DNA of 64,000 nt from a virus (IMGVR_UViG_3300031088_000799), one strand, 5' to 3'. Numbered from the stretch's first letter, positions 21,462-32,435 are shown. A program made the numbers and translations. Notes: generated by a model from the letters alone, not told the origin.

Positions 21462-22277
21462 TTAGATCATAACCATTTCAATAATTTTTAATTGGTCTTT
21501 AAACTGTTCGTTAAATTCAATATCCATGCTTATATTAGATTTTTTCAAAATTTTATTAAGATCTCCTTGAATAATCAACTGACGCTCTTTCTTTATATAA
21601 TTAAACAATTCATCTTTAGTCATATTAATATTATTACAAAGATAAGTGCCTTTCTTATAATCAAGAGAAATAGAAATATTTCGTTTGGGAGCTAACATAA
21701 GTTCAAAATAATATCTGACATCAATATTCATTTCATCATCAAAACATAGTTTTAAATTAATAGGTATCTTAATTTTAGACTTTTTATGGAGTTTCTTATA
21801 AAAGGTTTTATATTTTAGTTCATAAGTAACCAGCATATGCTCCAATGTCAGGAAAAAATCAGAATTACAAAATGAAATGTTATTATAACATTTTAATGTC
21901 TGAATAGAATCATAATTAAAGTCATCTTTTTGAAGAAAATCGAAAATTTCATAAACTTTACTATAATCAATGGGAACAAATGGAATAATTGACAACATCT
22001 TTTTATAGTCAGCCAAATCATAAACTGAGCGATTTTCATCAATGTAATTAAGTTCGATAGTTTTTTGTTCTGGATCAATTACAATTTGATAATATGAATG
22101 ATCTTCAAATTCAAAACAAACCTCTGAGCGTAAATCAGAAGAATAACCATATGAAACAAACTCATCGCTCATTACACCATTTGGAATGGCGTTTTGAATA
22201 ATAGGGCAATATTTCTGTATGAATAGAGAAGTATAACGAACCATATCAGCGTATAAAGATCCCATATTACACCTCAA
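21462..22277 (-). CDS. Ct-motif paralog family member (...KDQLKIIEMVMI)
   Basis: 271 aa. Confidence 0.55.
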   Translation of the reverse strand: MRCNMGSLYADMVRYTSLFIQKYCPIIQNAIPNGVMSDEFVSYGYSSDLRSEVCFEFEDHSYYQIVIDPEQKTIELNYIDENRSVYDLADYKKMLSIIPFVPIDYSKVYEIFDFLQKDDFNYDSIQTLKCYNNISFCNSDFFLTLEHMLVTYELKYKTFYKKLHKKSKIKIPINLKLCFDDEMNIDVRYYFELMLAPKRNISISLDYKKGTYLCNNINMTKDELFNYIKKERQLIIQGDLNKILKKSNISMDIEFNEQFKDQLKIIEMVMI

Positions 22278-22881
22278 TCATTTCACAAAGAGTTAAATGG
22301 TCACGAATAGTTGTGGAAGGCAAAGCAGAAAATTCCTTCTTAGTCATTCTCAAATGCGTTGATTTTTTAACAATATAATGAATCGAACCCATTGTTTCTA
22401 CATAACATAGATTCAATAATTCATCCATAGTAATTATTTTATGGTATTCAATAAATGCTTCTGGACTACTATAAGCCATCCAAATTTCACCAGTTTTCAG
22501 ATTAAACCAGAGATCTTTTTTGTTCATCAAATGAACAGGCCAGCAAAGTCTTAGAAATACGCCATATTGAGTTGTTGGAGTGCCATTGATATTAGCAACG
22601 AACTCAATATCAAATCGATAAAAAAGAATAGAAGTTTTGGCGATTTTACCACTACTTGATTTACGGCGATAAGCAGGAGTATAAGCTATTCGTTCAAAAT
22701 TCTTAGACTGAGCTTTAATATAGCTAAAAGTAGGCTCAAAACCATTTTCTATTAAACGATTCATAAATTTATCAACCGAAAAACCATCATCAATAAAAGC
22801 ACCCAATTCAACGCTTTTAGAAAAAGCAGCCTGAATAAATGTTTTTACCTGTGTATAGTCAAATAAATTTAAGTCTTGCAT
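22267..22881 (-). CDS. Ct-motif paralog family member (...RDHLTLCEMIEV)
   Basis: 204 aa. 11-nt overlap with the upstream gene. Confidence 0.55.
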   Translation of the reverse strand: MQDLNLFDYTQVKTFIQAAFSKSVELGAFIDDGFSVDKFMNRLIENGFEPTFSYIKAQSKNFERIAYTPAYRRKSSSGKIAKTSILFYRFDIEFVANINGTPTTQYGVFLRLCWPVHLMNKKDLWFNLKTGEIWMAYSSPEAFIEYHKIITMDELLNLCYVETMGSIHYIVKKSTHLRMTKKEFSALPSTTIRDHLTLCEMIEV

Positions 22882-22988
22882 AAATTAGCTGCTCCAAAAT
22901 TAATAACTTATCATACCATAAAAAACGCTATAAAACAATAATAAAAAAGGCAACCATGATAGGTTGCCTGTGTAAAAAACAATTAAGG

Positions 22989-23144
22989 TCAATAACCTAG
23001 TGCTTTTTCTCGTAGCTGTTCAAATCGTTCCCATGCTTGTTCTTTTGAAATGCGTGGAGCAAATTTTGCTTCATGCTGTTTCCATGCCAATTCAATTTCA
23101 CGTTCTTTGCGTTCTGATTTATTGTTCACTACAATTTTAGCCAT
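22989..23144 (-). CDS. small basic protein, 51 aa (MAKIVVNNKSERKEREIELAWKQHEAKFAPRISKEQAWERFEQLREKALGY)
   Basis: Not in the ORF track (<60 aa). SD GAGGA sits 9 nt upstream of the ATG. Followed by the terminator hairpin ggcaacc..ggttgcc plus T-run at 22943-22980. Confidence 0.45.
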   Translation of the reverse strand: MAKIVVNNKSERKEREIELAWKQHEAKFAPRISKEQAWERFEQLREKALGY

Positions 23145-23301
23145 ATATGAATCCTCATGTAATTAGACTATCTGGTTGAGCCTTAAATATATCAATAATT
23201 TTTTTTATTGTCAATACCTTTAAAATATGCAAATCGGAAAACAAACAAATTGACAGGATTGTCATTTTTTTGATAGAATATAGCACATTTAACAGAGGTG
23301 T

Positions 23302-25503
23302 ATGAGTATGTATATTAATCCTAAAACGATAAAAGAGCTAGAAACCTTATGCTTCATTAAATATAACCAATTTAACCATAATTACAATTATTACAATCAT
23401 CGCCATCAACATAACTACATAGATCATATGTTTTTTAATCATGGTGCTCGACATGAAGAAAAAAAATATAATTTGTTTAAAATAATAAATGAAAATGAGC
23501 TAAAAGAATGTCTGGGTATTAAATTTTTAATAATGGACCCCTCTATTATTGAGTGTCACAAAGAAAATTTATTTCATGATGAAAATTTCTATGATAATGG
23601 ACATGGTGGGCGTTCCAGACCAACTATGATGAATCATTTTAGAAAATTTATAGGTGCAACAATAAATGATAATGATTTTGAATCAGAAGTCATGAAAATA
23701 GAAGAATCTATACAAATCCTTTCGAATAAGATGTCTCAGGTTGCTTTTGTTAAGGATACATTAGACTACACAGCCCTTATCAATGAATGGAAATCTTTTG
23801 CACAGCACCATAAAATCAATCTAGATTCTGAATTTAAAGAGATTTTAGATTCCATCGAAAATGATAAACTCAATAATCAAGAATGGTCAGATTTAAAAAA
23901 TAAATTCATAGAATTGCAAGAGATGACATTTGATCTTGTCAGGAACGCTCAGCGTTTCATAAGACTTTTTTACGATAATAATTTTAAACATAAATTTGGT
24001 GAAAATAAATTTTATGAAACAATGCAAAGAGATTCCGATTTCGAAAAAATTAATATCGAATTTAATCAAAAAATTGAAGAATTACAACTACTACCGAAAA
24101 TGGAAAGGATCAAAAAAGAAATCAGAGAATTTCAGGTATTAATAAATGAGAAATTAAAAGAATTTAATACTGAAATCAGTTATCTAACTACTAATGTCAT
24201 TAGTAAAAATAACATCCTGTTATTAGCTGCTATTGAAAAGGCTTATATTATTATGAAAGATAAAATCGATGAGCAAATGAAAGATTTCGGGTACCGAAAT
24301 ATGGCCATCGATTTTTTGAATAAATTGAGCCAAAAAGATTATAGCGAGCAAAGAATTAGTAATTATTTGGAAGAAAATAAAAAAAATATAATGTTGATAG
24401 CAGACAATTTTACATTCGAATCAACTAAATATAAGAAAATAGTTATTTTTACTGATGAGAGCTGTGCTGTATTAATTGAAGGACAAGAAAAAATCGAATG
24501 GTTTATGAATATACAGTCACTAAACAAAATTGTCAAAACTGCAATGATTGTTTATCTGAAAAACGTATTAAGAAAAAATCCTACGATTGCTAAGGTAATG
24601 AGTTCTCAATTTAATCAACGTGTTGAAAGAGAAAGCCAAGATACTCTTTATAAATATTACTCTACTCCACTACATTACGATAAATTATTATTATGTATCA
24701 ATACCTACTTTAAAAATGAGAATATTTTAAAGTCTGAAAAGTTTAATTTTATTGAAGCAATAGAAAAATCAACAGCTTATGAAAAACTGGACGATAAAAT
24801 GAATAAAGTTATTCGTGAACATAATATTAGAAAGTATGCTGAAAGCATTGTAAGCAATAAATATAAACACCTCTATAATGCTCAAAGCTACAAACTATTT
24901 AAAGAACTTTATGACTTGAAAATTGATACAAAGGTTATTCAAGAAATGTTAGGTAAAAAACTGGCTGCTGTTGAGTCTGAAACGATGTTTAATGACAACA
25001 TTAAAAATTTAATAAATAGTTTTAACGATTTTAATATGGATGCGATTAAGAAAAAAGCTGAATCAGTAAATGCTAAAATAATTTCAGATACTGATGATAT
25101 GCTTATTTTGGAAATTAGCAATTATACGCAATCAAAAAAACTAGGAAGTGGTTCATGGTGCATCACTCGAAATAAGGCTTATTTTGATCAATACACCGAA
25201 CAAGGAGCTAAGCAGTATTTTATTTATGATTTCAAACAGTCTTCAAAGAATACTAAATCTCTAATAGGTATCACTTTAGCAAAAACACTGAAAGTTAAAG
25301 CAGCTCATACTAAAAGTGACGCTCAACTAAAGGACAATAAAGTGGTAGAATATTTGACTTTAAAGGTGAAAGCAATTGAAGATGCTAAAAAAACAAAGAT
25401 GAAAATACCAGCAGATGGTATTAAGAAATCAAAAAAAACCAGCGACACCAACAGCAAAAACGTTAATGATGTAAACCAAAATGGAATGATTATTGGATTT
25501 TAA
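23302..25503 (+). CDS. large hypothetical protein; C-terminal ~200 aa paralogous to the ORF at 7761-9662
   Basis: 733 aa. N-terminus is His/Asn/Tyr-rich low complexity. C-terminal block ...SNKYKHLYN...LYDLKI...LGKK...KLGSGSWCITRNK...QYFIYDF.... Confidence 0.6.
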   Translation: MSMYINPKTIKELETLCFIKYNQFNHNYNYYNHRHQHNYIDHMFFNHGARHEEKKYNLFKIINENELKECLGIKFLIMDPSIIECHKENLFHDENFYDNGHGGRSRPTMMNHFRKFIGATINDNDFESEVMKIEESIQILSNKMSQVAFVKDTLDYTALINEWKSFAQHHKINLDSEFKEILDSIENDKLNNQEWSDLKNKFIELQEMTFDLVRNAQRFIRLFYDNNFKHKFGENKFYETMQRDSDFEKINIEFNQKIEELQLLPKMERIKKEIREFQVLINEKLKEFNTEISYLTTNVISKNNILLLAAIEKAYIIMKDKIDEQMKDFGYRNMAIDFLNKLSQKDYSEQRISNYLEENKKNIMLIADNFTFESTKYKKIVIFTDESCAVLIEGQEKIEWFMNIQSLNKIVKTAMIVYLKNVLRKNPTIAKVMSSQFNQRVERESQDTLYKYYSTPLHYDKLLLCINTYFKNENILKSEKFNFIEAIEKSTAYEKLDDKMNKVIREHNIRKYAESIVSNKYKHLYNAQSYKLFKELYDLKIDTKVIQEMLGKKLAAVESETMFNDNIKNLINSFNDFNMDAIKKKAESVNAKIISDTDDMLILEISNYTQSKKLGSGSWCITRNKAYFDQYTEQGAKQYFIYDFKQSSKNTKSLIGITLAKTLKVKAAHTKSDAQLKDNKVVEYLTLKVKAIEDAKKTKMKIPADGIKKSKKTSDTNSKNVNDVNQNGMIIGF

Positions 25504-25519
25504 TAAAAGCGAATGATAG

Positions 25520-25544
25520 AAAAGGCACTTAGGTGCCTTTTTTA
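25520..25544 (+). terminator. intrinsic terminator aaaaggcacttaggtgccttttttt (repeated at 34099)
   Basis: Perfect 8-bp stem plus T-run. An identical core occurs again at 34099-34120. Confidence 0.7.
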
Positions 25545-25615
25545 CTGTAATTAAATTGAAAAAATAGAAACAATATATTATAATATTTAAAACAACAAAA
25601 AATAATAATAAGAAT

Positions 25616-26056
25616 ATGAATAGTAAAGATCGCTCAACATTAACGACAATTTATAGAACATTAATAGGTTTGACAATAAGTGGACCAATAATAGCATTAT
25701 ACATCACGCTACCATTAAATCTCCCAGTAGTACTAACAATAGCTTTAATAGCTAACTTAATTATATCGAAAAAATATTATACCGATTTAGTTCGTAATTC
25801 GTTTGATAGAGAAATTAAAAAACTACTAGATTTTTGTATTCGCTCAATTACTATTTTATTCCTAACTTCTATCCCAGCTTTCATTATGTCGTATGTTGTA
25901 ATGAATGAATACACTGTTAGCATACATATAATTGCTGAATTAATAGACTTTTTAGGATCTATCGCAGCATGGGGGTATTACTTAATAATGGTCACAAAAG
26001 AATATATACAGTTTAACAAAACAAAAAATAAAAAAATAGGAATATTCATAGCATGA
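25616..26056 (+). CDS. 4-TM small membrane protein, tandem paralog 1 of 4
   Basis: 146 aa. Shared architecture with the next three genes: ..IY..LI.L...P(I/M)IA.YI. followed by 3 more TM segments. Confidence 0.5.
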   Translation: MNSKDRSTLTTIYRTLIGLTISGPIIALYITLPLNLPVVLTIALIANLIISKKYYTDLVRNSFDREIKKLLDFCIRSITILFLTSIPAFIMSYVVMNEYTVSIHIIAELIDFLGSIAAWGYYLIMVTKEYIQFNKTKNKKIGIFIA

Positions 26057-26146
26057 AAATATATTTAAATATCTTTTTATTTGCTTCTAATTGTAAAAGC
26101 TAAACTCCATATTATAATAATATAAATGACAATATAATTATCTAAA

Positions 26147-26596
26147 ATGGAAACATATAATAGAAATGCAATCTTAAATAATATTTACAAAATTTTAATA
26201 AGCTTAAGCGTTGCTGCCCCTATGATAGCTTCCTATATTGCAGCAAGATCGTATATGTTTGCTATTTTTGTATTGTTAATGACGATAATGATCCCACACA
26301 TTATTATCTGGCATAAATATTACAACAAATTAGACAATAATAACTTCCAAAAACATATAAAAACGATATTAAAAACATTTATCATTTCTATAGTTATTTT
26401 AATAATAATATTTCTACCAACATTCATTGGAGTGTATGAAGATAATGGCACAGAAAAATATAATATCATGCCATTTGTAGAAGCATTTTTCTGGATTGTA
26501 GGATCTTTTATTGCATGGTTTTATTATGTTTCAAAAATAGTAAAAGGATTAAAATTATTAAATAAACAAATGGAGCGTAAGCATGAACAATTTTAA
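26147..26596 (+). CDS. 4-TM small membrane protein, tandem paralog 2 of 4
   Basis: 149 aa. Confidence 0.5.
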   Translation: METYNRNAILNNIYKILISLSVAAPMIASYIAARSYMFAIFVLLMTIMIPHIIIWHKYYNKLDNNNFQKHIKTILKTFIISIVILIIIFLPTFIGVYEDNGTEKYNIMPFVEAFFWIVGSFIAWFYYVSKIVKGLKLLNKQMERKHEQF

Positions 26597-27065
26597 TGAA
26601 TATGAACGATTAAGAAATCTATATCTTAAGATGATAATAATAGCAGCAACGGTTACTCCACTACTATTTATCCTATTTAAAGCATACTATTTTTTAGTAT
26701 TAACGCCAGTTGTATTAATAGCCAATCTGTATGTGTATTTGAGATATTACAAAAAAAATGATATGGGATTATTTCAAGAGAATATTAAGAAAATAATAAA
26801 AAAATTCTTAGTCTGCATGGTTATAACTGCAGTTTCTCTTCTTCCGTTAGGTTACACTTTTTTAATTATTGGTAGTGGTCAATATTATTCAACTATGATG
26901 ATTGCAGGATTGTCATTCTTAATAGGTACAATAATTTCTTTTATTTACTATTTATATAGTCTAATAAAATCACTAATGGATCTCAATAAAAATGACTTCT
27001 ATCAAGATATGGAAATAACCGAAAAAACTAAGACAATAGGTGCAGATAATGCAAACACAAAGTGA
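26583..27065 (+). CDS. 4-TM small membrane protein, tandem paralog 3 of 4
   Basis: 160 aa. Start overlaps the previous gene's stop. Confidence 0.5.
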   Translation: MNNFNEYERLRNLYLKMIIIAATVTPLLFILFKAYYFLVLTPVVLIANLYVYLRYYKKNDMGLFQENIKKIIKKFLVCMVITAVSLLPLGYTFLIIGSGQYYSTMMIAGLSFLIGTIISFIYYLYSLIKSLMDLNKNDFYQDMEITEKTKTIGADNANTK

Positions 27066-27477
27066 GTTCGAATGCTTAAAGAATATATACTCAAGAATGA
27101 CTATGTTAACAGCAATAGCACCGATTGCTATTGCTTTTTTTGGTCCATTTTTATTGTTATATATTTTAATTCCTAATCTTTTTATTTACTGTAAATATTA
27201 TAAAAATAAAGAAAATAATAGTGAAGTTTTTAATGCCCATATTAAAAATTTACTAAAAAGATCAATGTATTCTGTAATTATTTTGTTTGTTTTTTTATTA
27301 CCATTTATCTCAATGACTTTTATAGATTTTTCTAAAATATATCAAGGAACTGCATATCTTATTTTAATGATTTCAATGGTTTCACTATTTTTTGGCCTAT
27401 TAATTTCTTGGTCTTATTATCTATGGAGTTTAACAAAGTTATCATCAAGTTTTGATAAATCAATGTTTACAAAATGA
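27040..27477 (+). CDS. 4-TM small membrane protein, tandem paralog 4 of 4
   Basis: 145 aa. Overlaps the previous gene. Confidence 0.5.
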   Translation: MQIMQTQSEFECLKNIYSRMTMLTAIAPIAIAFFGPFLLLYILIPNLFIYCKYYKNKENNSEVFNAHIKNLLKRSMYSVIILFVFLLPFISMTFIDFSKIYQGTAYLILMISMVSLFFGLLISWSYYLWSLTKLSSSFDKSMFTK

Positions 27478-27505
27478 AAAAGACACATAAGTGTCTTTTT
27501 TAATG

Positions 27506-27915
27506 TTATTTTCCATGCCATAGATAACAAGGTTTAATCGCACAAATAGCATAGTGATTACTGCCAACATGTCCCCAGTCTTCGACATAAACTCGCCAAC
27601 CGAGGCTATTATCGCCATCATGATCACAATCACCTTCCCAACGCTCATTCAGTTCAATAAGTTTTGCATCCCTTCCTTGTAACCATGTTTTCGCAAAATC
27701 ATAGGCTTCTGCCGCATAAATAGGCTCAGGAAAAGCAACAGCATCTTTTGTCAAAGACCAGAGGAATACCAATCCTTTATTTGGCAGGACTACATATCCT
27801 TTTGCAGTTGCACCATCATCGTTATAACTGTCTAAACGGAATGCTAAATTAATAGCCATTTCCAGATGTTCATCTTTTGCACCATTGACATTAAAAATAC
27901 GGTTATCAAATCCCA
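27506..27915 (-). CDS. hypothetical protein (136 aa; start at MGFDNRIF with SD GAGGA)
   Basis: The ORF-track start at 27976 is probably an extension. The internal ATG at 27915 has a good SD. Confidence 0.45.
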
Positions 27916-27972
27916 TTACTAAATCCTCTAAAAATAGGTGAACATTGTATAACAAAAGGAAAAAATGGTCAA

Positions 27973-28788
27973 TCAAATAATATGCATTGATAATAAATCC
28001 AAGAAACGAGATTTTACATCATTGTCTAATGTCTGAAAAGATTCAACAGTTTCACCCAACTCTTTTTCCAGCATTAAACAAACCTCTTTATCAAAAAAAG
28101 CCTCAATCGCTGATTTAATATCAACACAAATGCGATCAGCCGTATTATTTCTTAAAGTAATGCATATTGATTTACGACAATTAACAGGAATATACATGTT
28201 ATATTTAAAATCAATAACTCCATCAATATAAACTAAATTGAAGTGGACTTTAAAAAAAGGTGAATAAAGATTATTTGCCATGTTTTCATATAAGACAAAA
28301 ATAGGTTTACTGTAATTGGTGGAGAGCGTATGTTCTTTGCAATAAACTATATCACCATCCTTGAATTGATTGTTAACAAATTCAATAGGATCTTGAAAAT
28401 TATAATAATTATCAAAGAACCGATATTGAACGCCTAAATCTGCATAAATTTTGTTAACTTTTGCAAGTAAATCAATATCTAAAAGACTTTTAAAAGACTC
28501 ATTGTAATCTAATATTTTATCATTTTTGGACATATGTATATTAAGCATTTCATTGCCTAAAAGATCAAAAATAAACGTAAATAGCATTCCATCAACACTA
28601 GAAGCTGTCGTAATCACCTTATGACTTTTTGCTTTAAAAATAATACTCGCCACCATAGGACTTGCGGGCGATAACTTACATTCTTCTTCATGAGTTTCTT
28701 CTTGAATAGAAATAAATTCAAGATTCTTTCTTGAAAGAAATGACATCATTGATTGTTTAAAGTCTTCGAACTTAATAGATTCACTCAT
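27973..28788 (-). CDS. Ct-motif paralog family member (...KSRFLDLLSMHII)
   Basis: 271 aa. Confidence 0.55.
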   Translation of the reverse strand: MSESIKFEDFKQSMMSFLSRKNLEFISIQEETHEEECKLSPASPMVASIIFKAKSHKVITTASSVDGMLFTFIFDLLGNEMLNIHMSKNDKILDYNESFKSLLDIDLLAKVNKIYADLGVQYRFFDNYYNFQDPIEFVNNQFKDGDIVYCKEHTLSTNYSKPIFVLYENMANNLYSPFFKVHFNLVYIDGVIDFKYNMYIPVNCRKSICITLRNNTADRICVDIKSAIEAFFDKEVCLMLEKELGETVESFQTLDNDVKSRFLDLLSMHII

Positions 28789-29564
28789 ATCATTTTCATC
28801 TCGGCTAATGTAATGTATCTTGTTAAATCATCTGAATCTTTTGACAATTCATTTTTATCCAGCTTAAGCAATTTCATTAAAATGGTACGTAAACGACGAA
28901 AAGCATAACGTTTCATGTGGTTATATAATTGATCTTCATTAACCAATTTATAATTTTTTCGAGAACGACCTATAGAATCTTTGGTTGAAATGGTACTAAT
29001 TCGCATTTCTAGATCACCATTAATAGGTTTGGTCAACTCCAATCTAACAACATGCTTAAAATAAACAATAAAATCAATGTTAACTAATAAGGTAGGTCTT
29101 TCTTTAAAATTAAAATGGCTACTACAAAATATTTTTTGATTATCCTTGATGTAATCTTGTCTATAAAAAGAAGGTCTATCATAATTGTTTAATGTTGTCA
29201 GGTCAACAGAAATATGAGACTCTTCTATATTTGGAAACTGATTTAAGCTTTTTTCGTATGAAATATAATCAAATAAATGATATTTATCAAAAATTTTAGC
29301 AACATTTGAAATCATACTAATGACATAATTCAATTGTAATCCAAAGTAATTATAAAAATGTTCCATCTCTGGTTTATTAGCTCTAATATAAAAACTATCT
29401 TTATTTGCATTACAAAAAAAACGGTTATTCGGAGCATCATAATGACGATAACGAGGTAACAAATCACTCAGATGATGTTCATGGGCAAATGGCATCACAG
29501 ATGACAAATGCTTTTGAAATGCTACAACATTATTAACAGTTTGTTCAGTGGGTATGTTTTTCAT
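28785..29564 (-). CDS. Ct-motif paralog family member (...DLTRYITLAEMKMI)
   Basis: 259 aa. Confidence 0.6.
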   Translation of the reverse strand: MKNIPTEQTVNNVVAFQKHLSSVMPFAHEHHLSDLLPRYRHYDAPNNRFFCNANKDSFYIRANKPEMEHFYNYFGLQLNYVISMISNVAKIFDKYHLFDYISYEKSLNQFPNIEESHISVDLTTLNNYDRPSFYRQDYIKDNQKIFCSSHFNFKERPTLLVNIDFIVYFKHVVRLELTKPINGDLEMRISTISTKDSIGRSRKNYKLVNEDQLYNHMKRYAFRRLRTILMKLLKLDKNELSKDSDDLTRYITLAEMKMI

Positions 29565-29572
29565 ATATAATC

Positions 29573-30280
29573 CTAAATACTATCCATAGCCAATAGTGTC
29601 ATAAATCGGCCAATATCTTCAAATTCAGCTTCCTGAATATCTTTCTTTGTAAACGTCTTAATTCGCTTAGTGGTTAACAAACAGATGATTCGTTGACGAA
29701 TAGCTTTTTTAATAATGTTATCAACTTCTTCCATATTGAAGCCTGTACTGATTGGAACCAAAAAACGTTCCTTACGAGCCAATGGCAATTCAACAAGAAT
29801 ATTAGGTTCAAAAATATCACCTGTCACATTCACCTGCATTGAAACTCTAACAGTTGGGTAAACTTCATAATATTTTCTAACAGTATAAATAGTTTCCTTA
29901 TTAGCAATAACATTTCTATCCTTCAAAGGAATAATCATATCTAGAAAACGATTATCTGAGCGAAAGTTTTCAATATCAAATGTTGGCATATTAGCCACAG
30001 TGGTAGTTAACTCTGTATTGTTCATATGTTCCATGTATCGATCTATGATTTGTCGAATACAACTCAAATCTAAATAGAATAGAGAATAAATTTCTTTAAC
30101 CATATCAAGTGGTAACGAAGTAATGTCAACATTAAATTTATTTTTACACAACTTATTTAAAATAATATAATGTTGATAACTATCTAATTCAAAAGGAAAT
30201 TTCTGAATTGAAGATCTATTATCATCAAATAATTCAAAATCTTTGATATATTGATAAATGCGTTCTTTAAAGTCTTTCAT
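29573..30280 (-). CDS. Ct-motif paralog family member (...DIGRFMTLLAMDSI)
   Basis: 235 aa. Confidence 0.6.
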   Translation of the reverse strand: MKDFKERIYQYIKDFELFDDNRSSIQKFPFELDSYQHYIILNKLCKNKFNVDITSLPLDMVKEIYSLFYLDLSCIRQIIDRYMEHMNNTELTTTVANMPTFDIENFRSDNRFLDMIIPLKDRNVIANKETIYTVRKYYEVYPTVRVSMQVNVTGDIFEPNILVELPLARKERFLVPISTGFNMEEVDNIIKKAIRQRIICLLTTKRIKTFTKKDIQEAEFEDIGRFMTLLAMDSI

Positions 30281-31020
30281 TAAATTTTATCCATGCTGAT
30301 AACGGTTAAGTATTGTTTCAAGGTTTCTTCATCAAAAGTAATCACATCAGAGCATTCATCAGGATAACGATCAATCAGAAAAGCTTTGAATTCACTCATT
30401 ACACCTAATTTAACAACTTGTTCAGCTACTGAATACAAATTATCATTGCCTAGAATTACTGAAAAATAGCCTTCTTCTGATAATGGGAATGTTAATTTTG
30501 CTCGCGGCTCGATGACTCCATTTTGATAATACAAAAATAATTGAATAAAAATACGTGAATCTCGTAAGTTCAAGCCGCCACTAAATTCTTTTGAATAGTA
30601 ATTTGCACCAGAAGCAATTCCAAAAAATGAGTCATACTTTGCTGCAAATTCTTCACAAAAATTAGCTTTAACATAAAAATGATTATAAGTATGCAATTTA
30701 AATTCACGCATACCTTCCATGTAAGATTTGCAAATGCTTTCTACTTTTTCAAAATCGAAGCCTAATTTTTTATAAATTTCACGCTCTACCTGTGAAAATT
30801 TACCAGAGAATACATAAATGACAGAATAATCTTTAAAAAAATTATTATCAACATTCAAGGAAGTAAAATGGTCTAACTCTGACCATGTAGATTTAAATTT
30901 TTTCAATTTTAAAGTTGTTGGATGCAGACCTCTAAATAGTAACTCATCATTATCGAAAGCAAATGCATTCAATGCAGAAATAATGTTATCTAATCCGCTG
31001 TTCTGTTCACTCATTTTCAA
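30280..31020 (-). CDS. Ct-motif paralog family member (...TLKQYLTVISMDKI)
   Basis: 246 aa. Confidence 0.6.
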   Translation of the reverse strand: MKMSEQNSGLDNIISALNAFAFDNDELLFRGLHPTTLKLKKFKSTWSELDHFTSLNVDNNFFKDYSVIYVFSGKFSQVEREIYKKLGFDFEKVESICKSYMEGMREFKLHTYNHFYVKANFCEEFAAKYDSFFGIASGANYYSKEFSGGLNLRDSRIFIQLFLYYQNGVIEPRAKLTFPLSEEGYFSVILGNDNLYSVAEQVVKLGVMSEFKAFLIDRYPDECSDVITFDEETLKQYLTVISMDKI

Positions 31021-31429
31021 ATCCTACACTTGATTCAGCTTTTTTAATAGAAATCCAATCATTAAGACTCAAAATACTAAAATCACAAACGGTATCATTT
31101 TGAATAAAAGTGTTTAAAGAAATTTTGAATTCTCCATGTTTAAATACACTATAATGCTGTTCAAAATGCAATTGTTCATCAAATGACTGAGAGAAGACTT
31201 GGAGTCTAATTCTATAATCATTTGAGCCTTCTTCAAATTGCTCATAAGCCAAACGATTATCTTTGACTTCATTTTTAAGATCTTGGAGACAAGTTAAGAA
31301 TTTACCTAATTTACTACGAAACAGGTCATCAAAATCCAGCACAGATAATGTAGAATCAATCACAATAACAGCAGTTTCAATCATTTTACCATGTTGAGTT
31401 TCTGTTTTAGAAATAACAATCTGAGTCAT
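31007..31429 (-). CDS. hypothetical protein, first gene of the same co-directional block
   Basis: 140 aa. Overlaps the next gene by 14 nt. Confidence 0.4.
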   Translation of the reverse strand: MTQIVISKTETQHGKMIETAVIVIDSTLSVLDFDDLFRSKLGKFLTCLQDLKNEVKDNRLAYEQFEEGSNDYRIRLQVFSQSFDEQLHFEQHYSVFKHGEFKISLNTFIQNDTVCDFSILSLNDWISIKKAESSVGFENE

Positions 31430-31492
31430 AAGTAATCTCTCTTTAAAATATTGTTGAAATTATAACACAAACGCTAAGTTTAGGCAATAAAA

Positions 31493-31520
31493 AAAGAACC
31501 CGAGGGTTCTCTTATAATAA
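31493..31520 (-). terminator. intrinsic terminator 3' of the SPFH gene (gaaccc gag gggttc + T-run on minus strand)
   Basis: Hairpin with an A-run upstream on the plus strand. Confidence 0.6.
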
Positions 31521-31529
31521 TCATTTAGA

Positions 31530-32435
31530 TTAAGCAGATTTCTGAGAAAGGTCAGTTGAACGTAATCCTGCAACAAGACTTGTTAATTCTTTCAATTCAG
31601 AGTTTGTGCCAGCATCACTGATAATGAGTGACCCTTTTGCGTTTGCAACATCACGCAATGTATCAAACTTGTTAAGTTGAAGAATCATAGCCAAAGCAAT
31701 TTCATTAGATACACCCAAAGATTCTGACAAGCTTTCAATGGATTCTTTGAAACCACAGCTAATAGCTAAACGTTGATCTGCAATACCTTCACCTTGTAAT
31801 TTCTTAGATTCTTTTTGTGCTTGTGCTTCTGCAACCGTTACAATTCGGGAAGCTTCTGCACGGTTCTTAGCGGCTTCTTTTTCACGTTCAGATGCAGTTA
31901 CAGAGTTATAAGAATCTTGAACGTCACTAGTAGGGATTGGTTCATCTACTAAGACAGCAACAATTCTGAAACCAAATTCTTTCATTTTTGAAGATAATAC
32001 TTCTTCAATGACATCTTGAATTTCATCACGAACATTATAAAGTTCCAAGAATGTTTTTTTACCCACTTCAGAACGTACAAGATTGCTGACATAGCTGATA
32101 ATTTGAGTTTCTGGATCATCAAGTTCATATGCTGCTTTTTCTGCATCAACAACATGGTATTGCACATTGATTGGATACTTAATGAACAAGTTATCATTAG
32201 TTTTTAACTCAAGCGTTGTACTCAATTGCAAAATATTGAGAGGCACCACTTTATCAACTGCTTGAATTGGCCAAGGCAATTTGAAAGACAACCCAGCACC
32301 TTTGATGGCAGCAAATTTACCAAATGTAACAATAACTGAGACATGTTTGTTTTTGGTAATAACAATACATGAATAGGCTAAAAAGCCAATAATACCTAAA
32401 AGCACAATTGTAATAAAAGCTGTTCCCATATGCAT
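31530..32435 (-). CDS. SPFH/band-7 (stomatin/HflKC-like) membrane protein
   Basis: N-terminal TM helix, then the SPFH core. Ala/Glu-rich coiled-coil tail. Confidence 0.8.
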   Translation of the reverse strand: MHMGTAFITIVLLGIIGFLAYSCIVITKNKHVSVIVTFGKFAAIKGAGLSFKLPWPIQAVDKVVPLNILQLSTTLELKTNDNLFIKYPINVQYHVVDAEKAAYELDDPETQIISYVSNLVRSEVGKKTFLELYNVRDEIQDVIEEVLSSKMKEFGFRIVAVLVDEPIPTSDVQDSYNSVTASEREKEAAKNRAEASRIVTVAEAQAQKESKKLQGEGIADQRLAISCGFKESIESLSESLGVSNEIALAMILQLNKFDTLRDVANAKGSLIISDAGTNSELKELTSLVAGLRSTDLSQKSA

